Shown one piece after another: positions 58,720 to 64,000 of a stretch of DNA of 64,000 nucleotides. The DNA lies in NCBI RefSeq assembly GCF_009914755.1, contig NC_060928.1; one strand, written 5' to 3'. The DNA is from the human T2T-CHM13v2.0 reference genome, Homo sapiens. Below the pieces are notes generated by a model. The model saw nothing but the letters and a program-made list of their open reading frames with translations, was not told the origin of the DNA and made no database searches. A program made the position numbers and the translations under genes. How positions within the stretch are numbered: the stretch's first letter is position 1; each line of letters opens with the position of its first letter.

Positions 58720-60930
58720 AGAGACCTAAAGACACCACCAAAAAACTCCTGGAACTGATAAACAGATGCAGTAAATTTGCAGGATACACATCAACATACA
58801 AAAATCAATAGTGTTTCCAAACCCCAGTGAAACAAAGTAGATGAGAAAGAAATCAAAAGAGAAATCCCATTTATAATGGTGACCAAAAAAACCCCACTTA
58901 GGAATAAGTTTAATTAAGAAGGTGAAAGCTCTCTACAATGGAAACTACAAAACAGTAATGAAAGAAATTGAAGAGGAATAAAAAAAATGAAAAGATTCTG
59001 TGCTGATGGAATGGAAGAATTAATATTGTTGAAATGACCATACTGTCCAAAGCAATCTACAGTTTCAGTGCAAACCCTACCAAAATATCAAGCAAATTAT
59101 TTGAAGAAATAGAAAAAACAATCCCAAAATTCACATAGAACCACAAAAGAGCCCAAATAACCAAAGCAATGTTGAGCAAAAAGAACTAAGCTAGAAGCAT
59201 CACACTACTTGACTTCAAAATGTACTACAAATTCATAGTAATCAAAAGAGCATGGCATTGTTATAAAAACAGACACATAGACCCATGGAACACAACAGGG
59301 AATTCAGAAATTATCCATGTATTTATAGCCAACTGATTTTCAACAAAGGTGCCAAGAACTTACATTGGAAAAAGGACATTTTAATGATGCTTAGTAAACT
59401 GGATATCCATATGAAGAAGAATGAAACTAGACTTCTATCTTTCACTATATATAAAAATCAACTCAAAATGAATTAAAGACTTAAATATAGACCCAAAACT
59501 AAAAGACTATTAGGAAAAACATGGAGAAATCGCTTCAGGACATTGATCTTTTAGAAAAGTTTTTGTGGGTATGACTTCAAAAGCACAGACAACAAAAAAC
59601 AAAATAGACAAACGAGACTACATCAAACTAAAAAGCAAAGCTTTCTCCTTGCTTGTGCAAAGGATTGTTTCCTCTGCACAACAAAGAAAGCAATCAACGT
59701 AGTGAAGAGACAATCTGTAGCATGGGAGAAAATATTTGCAAACCATACATCCAATGAGGAACTAATATATAGAATATACAAGGAACCCAAACAGCTTAAC
59801 AGCAGTAATAAGAATAATCTGATTGTAAAATGGGAAAATGATTTGAATAGACATTTCTCAAAATAAGACAGACAAATGGCCAATACATATATGAAAAAGT
59901 GCTCAATATCACTATAATTAGAGAACTGTAAATCAAAGCCACAGTGAGATGTTATCTCACTCTCCTTAGGATGTCTATTATCAAAAATATAGCAAATGGG
60001 CATGGCGGTGCATGCCTGTAGTCCGAGCTACTTGGGAGGATGTGCTGGAGGCTTCCTTGAGCCCAGGTGTTTGAAGCTAGCCTGGGCAACATAGTGAGAC
60101 CCCTGTCTCTTAAAACACACACACACACACACAAAAGTAACAAAATAAAATTCACCAGAATGTGTGAGGATGAAAAGAAATTGAAACTCATATATACTAT
60201 TGTTGGAATGTAATTTAGTACAGACATTATGGAAAACAGTAGGGAAATTTCTCTAAAATCTAAAAATATTACTACCATATGATCCAGCAATCCCACTATA
60301 CTGGGTATTTATTCAAATAAAAGGAAAGCAGTTCGTCAAAGAGATATGTGAACCCCCATGATTATTGTAGCATTATTCACAATAGATATAGACTCAATCT
60401 AAATGGTCATCAGCAGATGAATGGATACAGAAAATGTGATATATATGCATAATACAATTTTATTTACTCATAAAAACGAACAAAATCATGTCATTTGCAG
60501 CAACATAGATGAGCCTGGGAGACAGCAGGTTAAGTAAAATAAGCGCAGAGGTAAGTATTGCATTTCTCACTCATTTGTGGGAATTTAAAAATTGGGCTCA
60601 TGGGAGTAGAAATTAGAATTGTGGTCATTGGAGACTGGCAAGGATAGGGAAAAGTTAGTTAACAGATACAAAATTACAGCCAAGTAAGAGGAAGACATTT
60701 TAGTGGTTTATAACACCATAAAGTGAATATAGCTAACAATAGTTTACTGTATATTTTCAAAAAGCTAGAAGAGATGTTGGATGTTCCCCACAGAAAAATA
60801 ATAAATGTTTGAGGTGATGGGTTGGTAATTACCCGATTTGATCACTACAAATTGTATACAAATATTGAAATATCACTTGGTATCCCTAATAATGTAAATT
60901 ATTACACATTAAGTAAAAATAAGAATTTTT
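58720..60930 (+). mobile_element. L1MA ORF2 3' part and 3'UTR
   Basis: acctaaagacaccaccaaaaaactcctggaactgataaac... ORF 59285..59476 gives [19 protein letters not shown]1MA-type 3'UTR. Confidence 0.9.
59998..60132 (+). mobile_element. FLAM (free left Alu monomer) with (CA)n tail, inserted in the L1MA
   Basis: gggcatggcggtgcatgcctgtagtcc...agcctgggcaacatagtgagacccctgtctc, a single monomer. Confidence 0.8.
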
Positions 60931-61579
60931 AAAACCTCACTTCATTCAAGTTTTTTTAAGATCAACTTCTTATTTTCATCTTTTGAACAGATAAATAGCT
61001 ACTTTTTTAAAACATAAGAATATCTGTTCTCTAAGCAGTATATAATGTTGTTAAATTATACATTCTTTATTCTATGTATGGCCATAGAATCTAATAAAGA
61101 ACTCTCTATATAGCAGGCACTGAGTAAAGGTCACCTGTGAAGTCTGCTACTTGCCCTCTTTGAAAAAAATTAATGCAGCCCAAGTGTCCTCAAATCACTG
61201 ATGATGTTATTATGTATGTGAACCACGTGATGATGAGCATCATAATGGATACCTATGGCTATGAAGCTATACAGACAAAGATGTCAAAATAGACATGATC
61301 ATAATAAAACAAATGTCATAATTCCACAGGTCTGAACAAATGTATGTTTTACAATGGGAAAATGATGGATCACTGAATAGTAACACAGAATATTTAAAAC
61401 ACACAGCTTTCCTTTGGAGAGTTTTTCTGTCCACCATCACAGTGAATCAGATAGCATTTATGTCTACAGCCCTTAAGTATTTTGAAGGGAATGGAAAACA
61501 TTCCTTGTTGCCGAAGAATATTCAAATAGGTCATATCAAATATTCATTTGTACATGTTCCGCTTGCTGGTGGGCTGCCA

Positions 61580-62020
61580 TAGCAGATGCTGTGCCTGAAT
61601 CCTCGGCCCTCTTCTGAGTTCACCTGAATGCTGACTGCTTCCCATGTCAGTGCCTGTGCCTATCTGTTTCTCTGCCCCAGGTCTTTCATTGTTCCATGTG
61701 CTTTTGCTTGGCTGCACACAGGCACAACCTGGAAGTGTGATAAGTTAATACGCCCGAGGACAACTCTTGGACTAGAGTCAGTGGATGGATGTTCTAGCCT
61801 CTTCACTCTTCAGAGGGGCGGTTCTGGGAAGTTCTGAGGTAACTTCCAGAGTTTCTGAAAGGTCTCAAGCTGGATGCAGGCCTAGTTTCCCCTATCTCAA
61901 TAGCTTCTTAACATTTCCCTTTTCTCTGTCTTACTTTTCACATGTATTGCTGTCCTTTATGGGATCACTTCCTAGCCAAACTATCTGCACTCTGCTAAAA
62001 TAGCATCAAAATTAAGACTG
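61580..62020. mobile_element. LTR16-like (ERVL) LTR
   Basis: tagcagatgctgtg...cacaggcacaacctggaagtgtg...ttctgaggtaacttcc motifs. Confidence 0.55.
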
Positions 62021-62089
62021 GGATTTAGTTAACCAGCTGCCTCTTGTTGTGGAACCCAGTTAAAATAAAATGAATCCTAGCTTGTTTCA

Positions 62090-62750
62090 CTGTCGATTCA
62101 TTTGCTCAGCAAACAAAAATTAAAGGTTTATTACATGATAGATAATATGATATACTCTGGAAATAAAGAAACAGATGGCAGCCCAAAGGGGCTTCTTGTT
62201 TAGTGGAGAGATTTAGATGAACTGGCAATTTTAATACAGTCTGGTATATCCTGATAGTGCCCAATAGTGGGGTTCTGATGAAGAAAGCACATCTAACGTA
62301 GAGTAGAACAGGGGTTTAATGTCAGCTTCCCAGAGGAGACGCCTGTCCAACACAAGGTGAGTGTGACTCAAGTGGGGGATGGCAGTCCAGGCAAGGACAA
62401 GGATGTGTCAAAACACAGAGTAGAGAGAAGACGTCTTGGTATGGGATCTACAGAAAGTTTTGTAATGACTGGGAGAAAGATGTTGAGTGAGGTGAGAAGT
62501 GGTACATAGTCAAGATGAAAAAGTAGATGGAGGTTTTGAATGTTACATTGACGTGTTGGATTGCATCCTGAAAAGAATGAAAAGTTATTGCAAGTATTCA
62601 GCAGGAAATAGAACTTATTAAATCTGGGTACTAGAAAGGTCATTTTGGCAGCTGAGAATTGGAAGGTTCAGGGTTGTCTGAAAGCAAAGAGCAGAGTTAG
62701 GATTCCATATATCCAGGATGCAGTGAGGATGGAGAAAAGGGATAGTTTGA
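62090..62750 (-). mobile_element. L2
   Basis: attcatttgctcagcaaaca start and tagaaaggtcattttggcagctg motif. Confidence 0.6.
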
Positions 62751-62849
62751 GCAATCAAATCCCAACAGGTTGTTTTATTTTAAGATATGGTAAAAATAAT
62801 TTGAAAGATCAACTGAAAAAGTGACACAGGGGAAAAGATTCAGGAAAAT

Positions 62850-63955
62850 TATTTAATAAAACTCAGTAGGATCCAGAAATGAGGATACTTTTACCAGACA
62901 TCTAAATGTAGTATAATTCTAGAAATTAACAGAATATGCACGTGGCACAGGGAAAGACACATCATTAGAATAGAACTGAGAGGCTAGGAATCTATCTGTC
63001 TATATGTATCTTTCTGTTTCTCGGTACAGACAAATTTGCATTTCTAGTTAGTGGGAAAAGGTAGGTTATTAAAAAAATGGCGTTGACTGGTCATTTGGAA
63101 GAATGTAAACCTGAGTCTACTGGTTACAGTAAAGTTTAGGCAAATGCAAGATTTAAATACAGCAAAAAAAAAGACCCATCAAAGTATGAGAAAAACATAA
63201 TTTATGTTTAATTAATGTTTATAATAGGTGGAAAAAATCCTTTTCTTATGATGATGTAAAACAAAATGTGATATAGGAAAACAGATAAATATGATGATCT
63301 AAAAAATAAAAACTTCTAATTTATAAAAAGGAAACACATACACCCATATACCAAAACCATCCTGGACAAAACCAGAATTCATAAATAATGCCTCATTTTA
63401 TTGCATATATGATAGCCAAATAGCTAATTTCTCTAGTATTTGGAGATCTTTCACGGATCAAGAAGGAAAAGTTGATCAGTTTTACAGAAAAATGAGCAAA
63501 ACAGGTAGGTAGTTCACAGAAAGGGAATTATACATGGCCAAAAGCCCTGTGTAAAAAGATGATCAATCTCAATAAGCAGATAAATGTAAATTCAATTAAC
63601 AATGGTATCCACGTTAACTTATCAGATCAGCACATTTTAAAGAGATTGATAATACCCAGTGTAGCCGAGGTGGGGAAGCCACGCGTTGCTATATATTGTT
63701 GAAGTAACTGTAAATTGGTACAACTTATTTGGAGAGAAATTTGATAAACTCTATTAAAATAAAAAAATGTATACCATTAAAGTTGGAAATTCTACTCATG
63801 GGAATTAATTTTGCTGAAACATTTTTATAATTGTCCAAAGATATATTTACAAGATTGTTCATTACAGCATTATCTGTAATAGCAAGAAGTTGGAAACAAC
63901 CCAAGTGTTAATTCATTATTTACAATGAAATACATAAGCCATAAAAAGAATGAGG
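62850..63955 (+). mobile_element. Old L1ME-like ORF2 3' fragment
   Basis: gtaaattggtacaacttatttggagag...tgttcattacagcattatctgtaatagcaag...gccataaaaagaatgag. Confidence 0.7.
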
Positions 63956-63956
63956 T

Positions 63957-63959
63957 ACA

Positions 63960-63996
<37 letters not shown>
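63957..63996. repeat. (CA)n microsatellite, about 20 units
   Basis: Direct inspection. Confidence 0.95.
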
Positions 63997-63999
<3 letters not shown>

Positions 64000-64000
64000 A

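Overview
AT-rich primate (human or great-ape-like) genomic DNA, not prokaryotic. The window lies inside the MARCHF1 (MARCH1, RING-CH E3 ubiquitin ligase) gene on the minus strand. It holds an alternative coding first exon / 80-bp internal exon (56711-56901), a 768-bp in-frame cassette exon (55668-56435) and the 181-bp RING-CH exon (29304-29484). The rest is intron, dense in Alu, L1, L2, MIR, MaLR/ERVL LTRs and DNA-transposon remnants. The most striking signal these features do not explain is a heavily decayed, intronless LEUTX-like PRD-class (K50) homeobox retrocopy at about 12560-13101 (-), with a THE1 solo LTR carrying a DUX4-type motif about 0.9 kb away. Other notable structures are a TSD-bounded L1 3' transduction (10893-11122), a 184-bp MIR-derived fold-back hairpin (34525-34708), a 50-bp templated insertion (3306-3355 / 5530-5579) and a young L1PA inserted into an older L1. 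Repeat subfamily calls and protein comparisons rest on recalled consensus sequences, not searches, and boundaries of old repeats are approximate.
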